Of a DNA stretch of 64,000 nucleotides, positions 13,384 to 27,019 are shown piece after piece. The position numbers were made by a program, and so were the translations under genes. The notes beneath the pieces are model-generated. The model saw nothing but the letters and a program-made list of their open reading frames with translations. It searched no databases and was not told where the DNA came from. The stretch is from Eledone cirrhosa. Its lineage: Eukaryota. Within the stretch, counting starts at the first letter, position 1; each line of letters starts with the position of its first letter. The stretch lies in assembly GCA_964016885.1 (NCBI GenBank), contig OZ024743.1:184016001-184080000 (forward strand). Reading direction: 5' to 3'.

Positions 13384-14230
13384 CAGGAGTTGGACAAAAT
13401 AATGGAAACACCTAGCATCATAGCATCATAATTTTGAAATATCTATAAAACTGTCAAAAGCTTGTTTATTTTATGTTTTTTATTTATTGTTAGTGTTGCT
13501 TAATATGTTTTGTTAAAATTGCTGTTTCTTTTCAAATATCATCAGAAAAGGGTAATTAAAGTTCATTAAAATGACAGATCTCTCGGACTTTCAAAGAGGT
13601 CAAATTGTTGGTGCTCGTATGGCAGGCGCTAGCGTAACGAAAACAGCCGAAATGTTTGGTGTATCAAGAAGTAGTCTCGAAAGTAATGACAGCCTTTGAG
13701 AAAGAAGGAAAAACCTCCTCGTCAAAACAAAACTCCGGAAGAAAACCAAAACTTTCAGATAGAGAATGTCGGACTCTTACGCGAATTGTTAGAAAGGATC
13801 ACAAAAGTACAGCTCTGAAAATTACTGCAGAGCTTAATGACCACCTCAAGAACCCAGTTTCCACAAAAGCTGTTCGCCGGGAGCTGCACAAAGCCGGATT
13901 TCACGGGAGGGCTGCAATCAGAAAACCACTACTTTCAAAAACAAACGTTGCAAAGCGTTTAGAGTGGAGTAAAAACCTACAGAATTGGTCCCTAGAGCAG
14001 TGGAAGAATGTTATTTTCTCGGACGAGTCATCCTTTACCTTATTTCCGACCACCGGCCGAGTATACGTGTGGAGACAACCAAAAGAAGCATTTGACCCAA
14101 ACTGCCTTCTTCCAACTGTTAAACATGGAGGAGGATCTGTGATGATCTGGGGGACTATATCTTGGAAATCTGCTGGCCCAATGGTTTCCCTTCATGGCAG
14201 AATCAATAGTCAAGACTATTTAAGCATTTT
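13384..14230 (+). mobile_element. Tc1-family transposon, 3'-truncated and frameshifted
   Basis: TA|CAGGAGTTGGACAAAATAATGGAAACACC end. Transposase starts at 13571 (MTDLSDFQRGQIVGARMAG), with SGRKPKLS, VIFSDES and TVKHGGGSVMIWG motifs. Confidence 0.92.
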
Positions 14231-14784
14231 ATATATAATCCTTATCGAGCCCTGTTTGGATTTTAGTCTTCAAATTTATTATTACTATATATATATACAT
14301 ATATACACACACACATCCAACACATACAAGCATGGAAATGAGATGTAAAATGATGATGATGATGATATAGTTTTATGTGTGTGTGTGTGTGCGTGTGTTT
14401 GTGAATTTCCACTTACAACTGTTGCTAGATAAAAGTTTATATTCACAATACAAAACTTTGTAGTCTTTCATTCATTTATTCATCCCTTCTTTCTGCTATT
14501 TTTTTTCTGTCTCTTAACGTCCTTTGTTCTATTGTTACAAATTATTTTTATTTTTATGGTTATTTTTTGTTGAAATGACATCTTATATTATTTGAGGTAT
14601 TTCAAATGTGATAGGTGAGAATGAAAGCCATGAAAATTTGGTTTGTGTTCTTTATACTAAAGAATTATCACGTGAAATTCACATGCCTATTGGGTGATTA
14701 CAGCTTAAAGAAAGGAAGAAAGATTTAGGTTAGAACTTACTGATATTTTCATATTCTGTTTACTAATTGTTATTAAGTTACCAT

Positions 14785-14970
14785 GGCGGTGGATTGGCAG
14801 TATCGGTAGAGAGTCGGACGCCATGCTTTGATGCATAGAGTTACGGCCCTTGCCATTCTGAGTTCAAATACCGCCGAGGTTAACTTTGCCTTTCATCCTT
14901 ACGGGGTCGATAAAATAAAGTACCAGTAATACACTGGGTAATTGCTGGCCTTGTGCCAAAAGTAGAAACA
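14785..14970 (+). mobile_element. Full-length tRNA-derived SINE with 13-bp TSD
   Basis: A box tggcagtatcgg, B box gagttcaaatacc. TSD gttattaagttac on both sides. Other copies near 8225, 9160, 18225, 27152, 33717, 34230, 35510, 45071, 50385, 50775 and 51355. Confidence 0.88.
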
Positions 14971-15256
14971 GTTATTAAGTTACTAAAAAGTCTCAATGAA
15001 ATGCGCATCAGGTTTAGAATAGGTACATCATAAGTTTGTGTGTTGTAAGAAGAGACTAAATGGGTTTGTGTCAGGATGGGCATCTGACTATAAATCATTG
15101 CTTCAAAAAGTCTCAGCATGGAAAAGCTGACAAAAACAATGATGATGATGAATACTAATTGGCTTATTTTGGTAATTCTATGATTTAATTAGAAACAACT
15201 ACCAAGTATAAAAAATCAAATGACATTTTAAATATTCTTTTTATTTATAAGTTATA

Positions 15257-15767
15257 TCTCTCTCTATATAAAATTCTTTGTCTCTCTGTCTGTCTTTTCC
15301 TTATGCATTCTCAAACAGCTCAACTAAATCAGATCAAATCAATCTTTCTATAGTCAATTATAATAAACAGACATTTTATAACACGGTGAAGATGACATCA
15401 CATTTTGTATATGAGTCTGTATGTGTCTGTAAGTGAGTGTGTCTTTGCGCATTTGTTACATATGTTAGGCCTTAGTAAGTTACATACACACACATCTTCA
15501 CATAAATATTTAATCAGATACACAGAATTAAACACACACACACATCTACACATGTGATGACACAATGAATATTGTTTATCCTGAGGTGCTTCAAGATTGT
15601 CAGATTTTCATTTCTAAATTCTATTATCATTACAATTTTGATATTTTTTTTTATAAAATATAGATATTTTGAAATAATTATGAGAAAAAAATATGTCTTC
15701 ATATTTATTGTTTACTAATCTGAATAAGAACAGCAGAAACCCGGGCAATCCCGGGACATTCAGCTAG
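15257..15767 (+). mobile_element. Non-autonomous Helitron
   Basis: A|TCtctctctatataaaa ... hairpin cccggg-caat-cccggg ... CTAG|T. Confidence 0.7.
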
Positions 15768-16083
15768 TATATAATTATTAAGGTCAATTACTATAACTGC
15801 ACCATACGTTTCGTTAGCCCTGAGGACCAGCTTGTTCACCCTGTGCTGATAAAAATGAACTGGAATGAACTCACCCTACGGACTTCAATTGCTCTATACT
15901 GTAGATATTTTTACCTACCTATTACTACTATTATATATACATATATATACACACACACACAAATAATATAATCAGCTGGGATTTTTAAAAATTCGGGGTT
16001 ATAGCTACCACCACTCTCTCTCTCACTTTCTCTCTCTCTCTTTCCCTTTCTCTGGCCATCCTCTTTCCATCAAATTCTTTATA

Positions 16084-17300
16084 TGAGGGTGGGGCTGAAA
16101 GTTCAAAGTGATGCTAGAGCTGTGAAATCTTGCATGCATTAATTTCAACCCTCCTTATTAATAACTGCAATGTTTTTCCAGGTAAACTAATATCTGACTG
16201 TTCAAAGAAGACTGCAAATGTAACTAGTAGTGACTTCTCTTGAAAATGGAAAAAATTTGGCATTGTGGTGTTATGAAGTACCTGCAGAAAAGGGGTTTAG
16301 TCCCTAAGGACATTCATGCTGACATGGTTGCTATATTAGCAGATGATGCTCCAGCTTTAGCAACAGTGCAAAAGTGGGCAGCTGAATTTAGGAGGGCAAG
16401 GAAGAATCTTGAAGATGACCCAACTCTTGACATCCTGCAACTGAGGAAAAGATTGATTGTATTCACCACATTGTGATGGATGACAGGCAATTGACTATAA
16501 ATCAAATAGCCAATGCTATTAGCATATTCTGTGAGAGAGTTGAGAATATTCTGCACAATGAACTTGGCACAACAAAGGTTTTTGCTTGGAGGATGTCACA
16601 TCTTCTGACATTGTTTGAAGCACATCCTGCTCATTTCCTTGAATGTTTACAAACCCAGTTTGAGTGTTGTGTTTATCACTTTGAGCCAGAGACAAGGAGA
16701 CAATGAATGCAGTGGAAACACCCCTCCTCACCTGCTCCAAAGAAGACCAATGTTGTTTCATCTGCAGGGAAGGTGATGGCCTTGATTTTTTGAAATGCAA
16801 AAGGCATTGTGTTTATTGATTATCTTCAAAAGGGCCAGACCATCAATAGAGAATACTATGTCAACTTGCTGAGGCAGTTATGAAAGGCTATTAATACCAT
16901 ACACCCAGTAAAACTGACAAAAGGGGTCTTGTTTCATGAGAAAAATGCTCCAGCACACAGGTCCTTGGTTTCAATAGCTGCTGCGTGTGACAGTCTTTAA
17001 ACTGGTTGATCCTCTTCCTTATTCTCCTGATTTGGCCCAATCTGACTATTGTCTGTTCCCCAACATAAAAAAATAATTGACTGAGAACCAGTATCGCTGT
17101 GATGATAATGTCACATCTGCAGTTGATGACTTTTTTGACCAACAGGATGAAAGCTTCTTCACCAATGGGATCCAAGCACTGTAACACCGATGGAAGAAGT
17201 CTGTGGATCACAATGGGGATTATGTTGAAAATTAAACCTCATTTGGTTACATTCCTTGAGAATATCTTCATCAGCCTATGAACTTTTCAGCCAACCCTCA
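16084..17300 (+). mobile_element. Full-length degenerate mariner element
   Basis: TA-flanked TIRs tgagggtggggctgaaagttca / tgaacttttcagccaaccctca. Transposase relics TVQKWAAEFRR and YSPDLAQSDYCLFP. Confidence 0.92.
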
Positions 17301-17794
17301 TAGTGTAAGATTTAAAAAATAATTTTCAGTGTTGCTTCTACCATCACCACTGCCCTCCCTCTTACCATCTCCTTTCCAGCATGACCTATATTTTACACAA
17401 AATATACAACAGTTTTAACCCTTTTGTAACCCTATTGCTAATGAAATACACTACAGACATACCTCATCCTCTGTCATTAATTGGTTCCAGAAGTCAAGAC
17501 TTAAGTAAAAAAACATTGAATTTGAATTGACACCCCATATAAACCGTTAATAGGCATTTCCTACATAACATTATGCTGTATATTGTAGCATATATTTAAA
17601 TATATATATATTTATATATTTTTATTGTTTATTTTAGTGTTTTTTATGGTTTAATATTTTTGGCAGACCGACATAATGTTGAGAGAATCGACATAACATG
17701 AGGTTTATTTTTGCCATGTAATATTTAAAAAAACTGCCGTAACTTCAAAAATGACAAAACTCAAAACAATGTAAGCTGAAGTATACCTACTTCT

Positions 17795-18830
17795 TTTTGC
17801 ACATTTATTCCTGAGAGGGTCATGGGAGCAGAGGCCTTAAACATTCCTTCCTGTGGGTCCTGTCAGAAGCAGCCATTTCCAACTAATCCGGTTGGATCCT
17901 CAAGTGAGACCAGCCAAGCTCATGGATATTATCCAGCCATCTTGTTTGGAGTCTACCCTTGGGTTTCCTGGCAGCTTGTTTTGCCCATAAAATCTGTCCA
18001 GCAATTCTTTCCTGAGACTTTCTAATCAGATGCCTATAGTATCTGAGTTATGATCTCTCAATTCAGAGAGTGACTTTCTCATCTACTAGCTATACACTCT
18101 ATCGAGTACCGTTACCCCAAAGATCGTTCAGAGGAATCCCATTTTAGCCATTTGTATTCGCGATTGTATTTTTTTGGTTATTACCCAAGATTCATAAGCA
18201 TAGGTAAGGGTTGGCACAAATAATTGTTTCTACTTTAGGCACAAGGCCAGCAATTATCCAGTACATTACTGGTACTTTATTTTATCGACCCCGTAAGGAT
18301 GAAAGGCAAAGTTAACCTTGGCGGGATTTGAACTCAGACCATAAAGGGACGTAACTATGCTAGAAAGCATGGAAAGGGTTGGCACAAATAATGAATTGAA
18401 GATAGCGAGCTTGGCTTTTACACCTACCTCCCTTCTTCTGATTACCAAATGCTGAAGCTGGCGCATTACTGTACCAGCTCCTGCAATTCTTGCACTTAAT
18501 TCAGCCTCCTGCCTTCCATCACTCATGAACGAGTTACTTGAACTTCCCTACCTGCTTCAGTGGATCTCCATTCACATGTAGAGTGCATTGCACAGGTTTC
18601 CTTGAGAGGACGGGTGTCTGTTTCCACAGCACTGATTTTCATTCTAACCATACAGCATTTGGCATTAAACCTATCAAGTGCAAGTCGGAGATCACTTTCT
18701 GATGGGTTAAGTAACAACATGTTGTCAGCAAATTCCAGCCAACTGATTTTAGATCTACCAGTTGTGATACCACTTCCAGCCAGGCTGTGCATTTCAATCC
18801 TGTTCATGAAAATAATGAACAGGGGGGATA
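17795..18830 (-). mobile_element. RTE-clade LINE 3' fragment interrupted by a SINE
   Basis: LEFADNMLLL and AKLAIFNSLFVPTL, homologous to 47150-48050. SINE inserted at 18225-18373. Confidence 0.8.
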
Positions 18831-18931
18831 ACAGTATATACCTTATATTTGAATTAGTTTTTGCTGGGATTTACTGAAGTTATTCATTATTTCCTTATCG
18901 AGATGGCATTTGTAACATAACAAAAGTAGAA

Positions 18932-19735
18932 TGTTGTGGTGAACAATCCTTTGGGATTAAAGAAATGGACTCGGTGGACTATTATAAATAAGTAACATGT
19001 CTCGTTGTCAAGAGTTCAGTTGGAGTCTCGCTTGAAAGTCTTTCATTTTATAATTAGAAGTTACACCTGAGATAAAATTGTTTGTACCCTTGCATCGTAG
19101 AAAATATAACCAGTTCAAAGGGCTATAAAAGTGGCAATGAGGTATTCAAAGCTTGCACTGGATTGTAGATTATTCTTGAAACCAAAGGAAAACAAATCCT
19201 TAGCATGGTGCAGTTGCAACAACAACAGATACAACAACAACAACAACATATGCTAGAATTAATGTTAAATAAAGTCAGAAAGCACTTCAGATTTGCTCAC
19301 ACCAGATGCCGTGGCAAACTCAATTGGAGAATTTGTGTATAAATCAGAAGAAGGTGTTACCTTCACAGCATATTTCAGAAGATATGAAGAAATCATCAAG
19401 GAAGAATGCCACGGTTAGAATGATGAAAATAAAGTACGATTACTATTCCCTGTCGAACATGAAAACTATTGCAATTTTATTCTGCCAAAGAAGCCAGGTG
19501 AGATTTGTTTCGATGAAACAAAATTTTATTGAAAATTTTCAGTGAAAGAAGTTCAATGTTCAATACTCATTGGCAGTGTTTAAATTTGGTGAAAAAAGAT
19601 GAAGATTTCATTACCTATGCTAGGGGTGTAAATAGAGAATGTGAAAAGTTTCAGTTAAATGAATTAACCCCTGATATGACCAAATTGACAATGCAGGCAA
19701 TGGCAGAAGAATGCCAGTGGATTGTAAACTTAAGA
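18932..19735 (+). mobile_element. Gypsy-type LTR element remnant (LTR, PBS-like site, gag fragment)
   Basis: TGttgtgg start, aaaagtggcaatgagg PBS-like junction, gag-like DAVANSIGEFVY...FTAYFRRYEEII and CLNLVKKDEDFITYARGVNRECEKFQL. Confidence 0.6.
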
Positions 19736-19739
19736 CCTG

Positions 19740-21040
19740 CCACAAGGTCTCCGCAATGCAGTCATCATTACTTTATACAAGAACAAAGGGGAAAAGTCAC
19801 ATTGCTCAAATTACTGGGGGATTACTCTGCTCTCTATCACGGGAAAAATCCTCGCAAGGATGCTGCTAAATAGGCTGGTACTTACCATTGCAGAAAAACA
19901 TCTCCCAGAGAGCCTGTGTGACTTTAAAGTCAACAGAAGCACCACAGACGTGGTGTTTGTTCTTAGACAGTTCCAAAAGAAGTGTCAAGAGCAAAATAAA
20001 GGGCTGCAGATGGCGTTCATTGACTAAAGCATTTGATACAGTGAGCAAAAAATGAATGTGGCAGATCATGGAATGACTCAGTTGCCCCCCAAAAGTTCCT
20101 GAACATGGTCATCCAGATACACGAAGACCACTGTGCTCAAGTCAAATTCAGTAGTGACCTCTCAGAGCCATTCCCAATCATCAACTGAGTGAAGCAGGGT
20201 TGTGTTCTCTTCATTTTATTCAATATGATGCTCAAGCAGGCCACAGAAGATCTTGATGATAAGGACAAGGACAGAGTTTACATCAGATACTGTCTTGATG
20301 GCAAGCTGTTCAATCTTAATCGACTACAGGTCCACATGAAGACACTGGAGCAACCGATCTGAGACCTTTGCTGATGCTGATGCTCTTGTTGCCTTGCAGA
20401 GTATTGTCCCACCCCATATCACCATTGGCAAGACTGAGCTGAAAACAGTCCATCAGTTCACCTACCTGAAGTGCACCATCACATCAGATGCCAAGATTGA
20501 CAGGGAAATCGACTACAGACTGGCAAAAATGAGCAGTGCATTTGGCAGACTGTACAAAAGTGTGTGAAACAATAAACATCTGAGTGTAAAGAGCCATAGT
20601 CTTTACCACACTATTATATGGCTCAGAGTTGTGGGTCACTTATTGCAACGAGCTATGGCTCTTCGAGCTCTTCCACCGTACCATCCTTAATATCTACTGG
20701 AGTGACTGTGTCACCAATGCTGAAGTCTTTGAATGGTTGGAGTCACCAGCATCGAGACCATACTGCAGAAGTCCAAACTACACTGGGAAGGCCACATTTC
20801 AAGGACGAAAGATTATTGCCTGCCCAGAATCATGCTGAATGGTGAACTCTTCCCTGGTCATCATAACAGGAGAGGGGCATCACGGAAGATATAAAGGAGT
20901 GTTTGAAAAATCCCTTGGTGCCTGTCACATCGACCATTGCGAGTGGTCCACTCTAGTTGAGAACCGTGATGCCTGGCATCTCACCATCAAGAAAAACCTC
21001 AACACCAAGTCATCAAACCCTGACCAGATCTTCAGCTGTG
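19740..21040 (+). mobile_element. Degenerate RTE (BovB-like) LINE RT region
   Basis: LYKNKG...NYWGITLLSITGKILARMLLNRL, TKAFDTVS, VKQGCV, LLYGSE. Confidence 0.8.
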
Positions 21041-21238
21041 CCTGTCTGTATATATATATACATGTGTGTATAGATAGACAAATAGATAAAATGATTTCTA
21101 CAGGACTACAACTGTTTCATTTGCAGTCCTGTAGAAGTCATTTCTATATAAAATAAATATGCCTCTCCTCTACTAACATATTGAGTACCTTATTTAACTG
21201 AGGTTTCTTTCAGATCCCTTTCAGAAAAAAACATCGAC

Positions 21239-21282
<44 letters not shown>

Positions 21283-21323
21283 TGGCGATATATATATATG
21301 GTGGCGATATATATATGGTGGTG

Positions 21324-21354
<31 letters not shown>

Positions 21355-21526
21355 ATGAGAGGGGTGGGGGGTGGCTAAGGCACTAAATTAATTACCAGTT
21401 AGCTCACATGGTGTTTAGGAATTACAATACAGGACAAGTCTTTTTCACAAGAAAATACTTGTGTGTTTGTGTGTGTGTGTGTGTGTTTATGTATGCCATT
21501 AAATAATAAAAGAATACAGTAAATAC

Positions 21527-21688
21527 CTGAGAATTGCCAATATTTATAATTGAGGCCAGTGCCACAACAAGTTGTTTTGCTTCTTGGTCACGTCCTGTTG
21601 AGAGCAAAGATGAGAACTCTTTTTCATACTCCTCTGATTTATTCATGAAACTATTCTGCATACTCTTTTCAGTGGCTGGGTTCTTCAC
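21527..21688 (-). CDS. PKD1-like gene exon (post-REJ helical region)
   Basis: cacaaAG (weak pyrimidine tract) / CAG|gtattt. 162 nt, phase 0-0. VKNPATEK...QLVVALASIINIGNSQ. Confidence 0.75.
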
Positions 21689-21884
21689 CTTTGTGCATGT
21701 TTGGATTCAGAAGAACGATTTTTTTAAATTAAGAGGAAATAAAATTTTTTTTAATTGTTTAAATAAAAGTGTTGTACCTATAACTAAAGATAAAGGAGTA
21801 AATATCTTGAATTAGTTTAGAATCTGAAGACCAAGATAATTTAAAACAAAATATGTATAACAGTTAGTACAAACAAGCACTATT

Positions 21885-22792
21885 AAACTCTGGGAGGGCT
21901 CTGTAGAAACAGTAGACAGCTTCTGCTACCTAGGTGACCGAATTAGCAGTGGAGGTGGGTGTTCTGAAAGTACAATAACTAGGGTAAGAACGGGATGAAA
22001 GAAGTTCAGGGAGCTACTAGCACTGTTAGCTGCAAAAGGCTTTTCCATCAAAATAAAAGGCAGACTGTATGATGTGTGCATACGAACAGCAATATTACAT
22101 GGTATTGAGACCTGGGCGCTGAAGGTGGAAGACTTGCGTAGATTAGAAAGAAATGGAGCCTGCATGCTCCGATGAATGTGTAATAGTAATATACGCAAAC
22201 GGCAAAGCATATACAAATTGAGAGAGAGACTGAGCATAAGAGGAATCAAATGCTGTGTGCAGGAGAAGCAGTTGTATTGGTATAGACATATGATGCGTAT
22301 GAAGGATGACAGCTGCATAAAAAGGAGCAGAGCACTAAAAGTCGATGGAAGCCTTGGAGTGGGGAAACCCATGAGGTGCTAAAAGCTGACCTTGCCCAAT
22401 AGCATGTCTCAAAGGTGATGACATAGGACCAAGACCTCTGGCATTACGCAGTAACACAGATGACCCCACTTCCCACAGGTACTAGCCAAAGCTGAAGCAT
22501 ATAGACAATATGCCCCACCCCCTCCCACTGCAAAGTGATCGTGGAGGTGTCACAACAAAAAAGCACCCAGTCCACACTGTAAAGTGGTTGCGTAGGTGCC
22601 ACAGTAAAAAAAACACTCAATACTCACTGAAAATGAGGTTAGTGTTAGGAAGGGCATCCAGCTGTAGATATCAAGCCAAAATGAGTTCTCGTACGAGCCT
22701 GACATGGTCACCCGACCAGGCAGTGCCGACAACAGGACAACCCGTCTAACCTATGCTAGCATGGAAGAATGGACGCAAAACGGTGATGATGA
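21885..22792 (+). mobile_element. RTE-type LINE 3' end with repetitive 3' UTR
   Basis: VDSFCYLGDRISSGGGCSE...GRLYDVCIRTAILHGIETWAL, ending in a (GAT) tail. Confidence 0.82.
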
Positions 22793-24119
22793 CAAAAGTG
22801 ATCGATAGAATAGGTTTTCGTATTTGTGTGTGTGCCATATGTTATTTTAGGAAAGATGTTTACAGCGGATATATTTATATATGGGTAAACATTCAGACTA
22901 GATGGAAGGGTTGATAGTGTAAAAATACACACACATGTACACCAGATCCGAACACAATAAAATAAGTACTGGCATTGACATGAACGACTAAATCCCTTGG
23001 CTTCACTGTACTATACTTGACCACTGCACTCCACTGGATTTACCTGTTTACACCAACACACACATACATAAATATACACACATCCACCGTCACACATATG
23101 TACATAATACATTCCCACAACTGACCAAACGCAACACTCATGTGGTTACAACATTCACATAATCTTCCGATATACGATACATGTGGAAATACACACACAC
23201 ACACGTAAAAACAATAGAAACATCACATACACAGTCACTAACACAGACATATACACAGACATATGTACACACTCACACATAAAAAAAATCACCTATACAC
23301 ACCAGCGTGTAGGTGTGAGTGTGTGTGTGTGTGTGTTTGTGTGTGTGCGTGTGTGGTTGTAGAGACCTGACCATTTTGATAGACCTCACCAATGAATAGA
23401 TATTGTTTGCTTAGAATAAATGAACCATAAAAATCAGGCACGCCTCTTAGTGCGAGTTTGTCTATAGGAACTTAGCTTGAATTTTTTCCTGCCTTTGTTA
23501 CTCTAAATATAGTTTTTAAAGAATTCCCTTTTCCTTAAATCCATCAACCAATGACCTCCACCCATCCCAATCACCACCCTCTACTACCACCAGAAAATGT
23601 ATAAATACCACCATATTACCTGGACAGTCGGCTTCCTCAAGATTTCTCCCGAATGAAACAGTCCTAGTCCTGTAGAAGCCATGTCTATATTAAATATTTA
23701 TACTCTACTTTGTATTGAGTACCTTACTTACTGTGGTTTCTCCCAATTGAACCCGGGATAAATATACATATATATATGAAATACAAGACCCAACAAAGGG
23801 TGGAGGAACTCAGCAGAGTCAATGGCCATCCAAATAGTATTTTTTTTTTTTTTTAGGGCTGTCGTATTTACCATGGCAAACATTTGCACTGAAGATATGT
23901 GTCGTCAGTTCCAAAAAGTGTGGTTGGTCCGACACAAGCCTTCACTACTTAAAACAAAACTTTGTGTGGATAGTTCAACATCAGTTCACTTGCTCACATT
24001 TTTGCCAGTCTTTTGCGGGATTGAAATGTTGCATGAGACACTGCCATCCAGAGAGCTGAACTTTTGTTGGACACTCATACATCAAATATCAACGGGAGAG
24101 TCCATCATATATATATATC

Positions 24120-24872
24120 TTTTCCCTCAAAATGAAAGGCAGACTGTATGATGCGTGTATACGAACAGCAATGTTACATGGTAGTGAGACCTGGGCGCTG
24201 TCTGTAGAAGACTTGCACAGATTAGAAAGAAACAAAGCTTGCATGCTTCGATGGATGTGTAATAGTAATATACACGAACGGCTAAGCATAAATGAACTGA
24301 GAGAGAGACTGAGCATAAGAGGAATCAAATGCTGTGTGCAGGAGAGGAGGTTATGTTGGTATGGACATGTGATGCGTATGAAGGATGACAGCTGCATAAA
24401 AAGGTGCAGAGCACTAGAAGTCGATGGAAGCCACAGAGTGGGGAGACCCAAGAAGACCTGGGATGAGGTGATAAAAGCCGACCTTACCCAATTGCACCTC
24501 TCAAAGGCGATGACACACGACCGTGAGCTCTGGCATCATGCAGTAATACAGAAGACCTGATCACCCACAGGAACAAGCCGAAGCTGAAGCATATAGACAA
24601 TATGCCCCACCCCCTCCCACTGCAAAGTGATCGTGGAGGTGCCACGGTAAAAAAGCACCCAGCCCACACTGTAAAGTGGACATGTAGGTGCCACAGAAAA
24701 AAAGCACCCAGCACTCACTGTAAATGAGGTTGGTGTTAGGAAGGGCATCCAGCTGTAGAAATCAAGCCAGAATCAGTTCCTGTATGAGCAAGACAAGGTC
24801 AACCGACTGGACACTGCCCGTCTAACCCATGCTAGCATGGAAGAACGGACATAAAACGGTGATGATGATAAT
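24120..24872 (+). mobile_element. RTE-type LINE 3' end (paralogous copy)
   Basis: KGRLYDACIRTAMLHGSETWAL...WYGHVMR...GRPKKTWDEVIKADL. Confidence 0.85.
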
Positions 24873-25312
24873 GATATATATGTGAGTGTATGTATATATA
24901 TACATATATGTGTGTGTTGTGTATATATATATATATCCCACATCAAATAGAACAAAACCGTCTAACCCATGCTAGCTTGGAAGATGGACGTTAAACGACG
25001 ATGATGATAGTTTATTATTCAGCAGTAGCACTAACATAGCATAATTCATAATAGACACATGTGTATGTATAATAAATATACTAAGGTAGCTGTGACTCAA
25101 ACACAGCCAAAAACACCTATGGCGAGACTTATGTTTATTATACATAAACCTACTGTATATACTTTCATACATCTCCCTATTATAGTTTATTATGTCCAAT
25201 AAACCAACTATACACTGGGGAAATTCCAGAATAAGGGACAGCTGGATGAAACAAAATAAATTATATGAATGAATGTATGCAGGTATGTATGCATTAACAA
25301 AATCACACTCAC

Positions 25313-25584
25313 TTGTACTTGTAGAAATATTTCAATGTATGCACCCATTGAATTAGAGACTCGGACACCGACATTCACCATATAGTTATGTGCTTCAAGT
25401 CCTAGTCCAAACTGCGATCGGGGCATATAAGGGTCAGTACCATAATAGAGCAATTGTTTTACTGACCCACCAACTGGTTGGGAGAAGAACCGGTACCACA
25501 GGCTTTCTTCATTGCCTTCAATCTCTTTGTAACTGCTTTTCCATCCAAAACAGATGATTTCAAACTTGGTGGTTAGAACATAGC
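25313..25584 (-). CDS. PKD1-like gene exon (REJ module)
   Basis: cttattaaAG / CAA|gtgagt. 272 nt, phase 1-0. GYVLTTKFEIICFGW...VRVSNSMGAY. Confidence 0.87.
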
Positions 25585-25666
25585 CTTTAATAAGAAGTAA
25601 ATACAGGATATATTTGACAATACAGCAGGCCATTTATTTTGCACCCTTGTGGTAAATGAAATAAAC

Positions 25667-25701
<35 letters not shown>

Positions 25702-25702
<1 letters not shown>

Positions 25703-27019
25703 TAGCAGAAAAACCACCCTTCGGGTGGTTTTCTGCTAGCATGTGTAGTGTGCATATTGATATTATATGCAAATATACATGCATATAGATATGATACGTC
25801 AAATAAAATCATAATTCACAATATGCACAAAAATTGAACGGAGTCTGTGTTACACTCTCTTCTGTAATCAGTAAAGTAATCCATGATACATTAAAAAAAA
25901 CACAATATTATATATAAACTGTATTATCATCATCATCATCATTATCTATAAAAGGCAGATTTTTGTGTCTGTATGTTTCAATTTTATACATTTGCACAAT
26001 TTCAAACCGATTCAACTCAAAGTCTGTAAGAATGTTGTAAATGGTCTAACTTAGGTCAACGACTATTTATTTATTTCAAACTCACCCACAATTACGGAAA
26101 TAATCGATAAAACTAAATACATGATGCTTTACCCCTCTAATATAATCTGATAACCTCTCTCTACTCCCCTTAAAATTCGATAAAACTACATACATGCTGC
26201 AACTTTCGCTTATATACGCTCACTAAACCTGCTAGAAATAGCAGCTAACTCTCCCCCATATCACACCCCTCCCTACTGTCTTAAATTTAGAAAACACATA
26301 TCCTCTATGAGGTCACTAAACCTGCTAGAAACAGCAGCTAACTCTCCCCCATATCACACCCCTCCCTACTGTCTTAAATTTAGAAAACACACATTAGACA
26401 ACCATGCAGAACAACTCCATCGCAGCTCTGTTGTTCGGCTGGCATTGTCTATGCGCGTGTTGCGCAAGTAGTGTGAAACAATAAATTTTAACACTTCTTT
26501 GCACAGAGATAATATCCATAGGCGAAACTACAATTGTCACTGCTGGTGCAGCTCCTGCTTCAGCAGTCCAGGTCTGCAATTCATTCACCCAGTGCCTGGC
26601 AGACAAAAAAAGTGCTGCCATAAAATGGGTGGTGCAACCTAACTTTGGTAACTTACTGACCCCAAGCAACGCCGGGCTTTAATGCTAGTCTATGATAAAC
26701 TAAAATGTTATGGAAATGAAAAAGGAGAAAATTAGTGATGGAAATATAAACCTTATATAACGATGCAAATATATGAACTTTTATATAAGCGATGTGATAA
26801 GTGTTATAATATAATGGACGCTAACTGGAAGGTTGACATTTGAAAATTTTAAAGAAGTGAATGTTAAAATAAGAATATTTGTGTTTAATAAAGAGCTACG
26901 AAATTTAGTAGATAAATTACATAATATTCATTCATTATTTATTCAAAGTAATCCAACTTATTTCACAAACGGGATAAAAAAATATAAAATGGATGCTCCT
27001 CCCTTTATTATATTATAGA
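25702..27019 (-). mobile_element. Non-autonomous Helitron (outer element of a nest)
   Basis: Minus strand A|TCtataatataataaagg start at 27019. CTAG|T end at 25702 with hairpin ccaccc-ttcg-ggtgg. Confidence 0.6.
25945..26688 (+). mobile_element. Non-autonomous Helitron (inner element)
   Basis: A|TCtataaaaggcag ... cccaagcaacgccggg hairpin ... CTAG|T. The 3' hairpin resembles that of the 12566-13140 element. Carries a ~78-bp duplication at 26221-26391. Confidence 0.68.

Noticed and set aside
14785-14880. tRNA gene
   Set aside because: A/B boxes belong to a multi-copy SINE head with extended spacing and a non-tRNA body; no cloverleaf.
25702-25739. Rho-independent terminator-like hairpin with UUCG loop
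   Set aside because: Eukaryotic intron; better explained as a Helitron 3' terminus.
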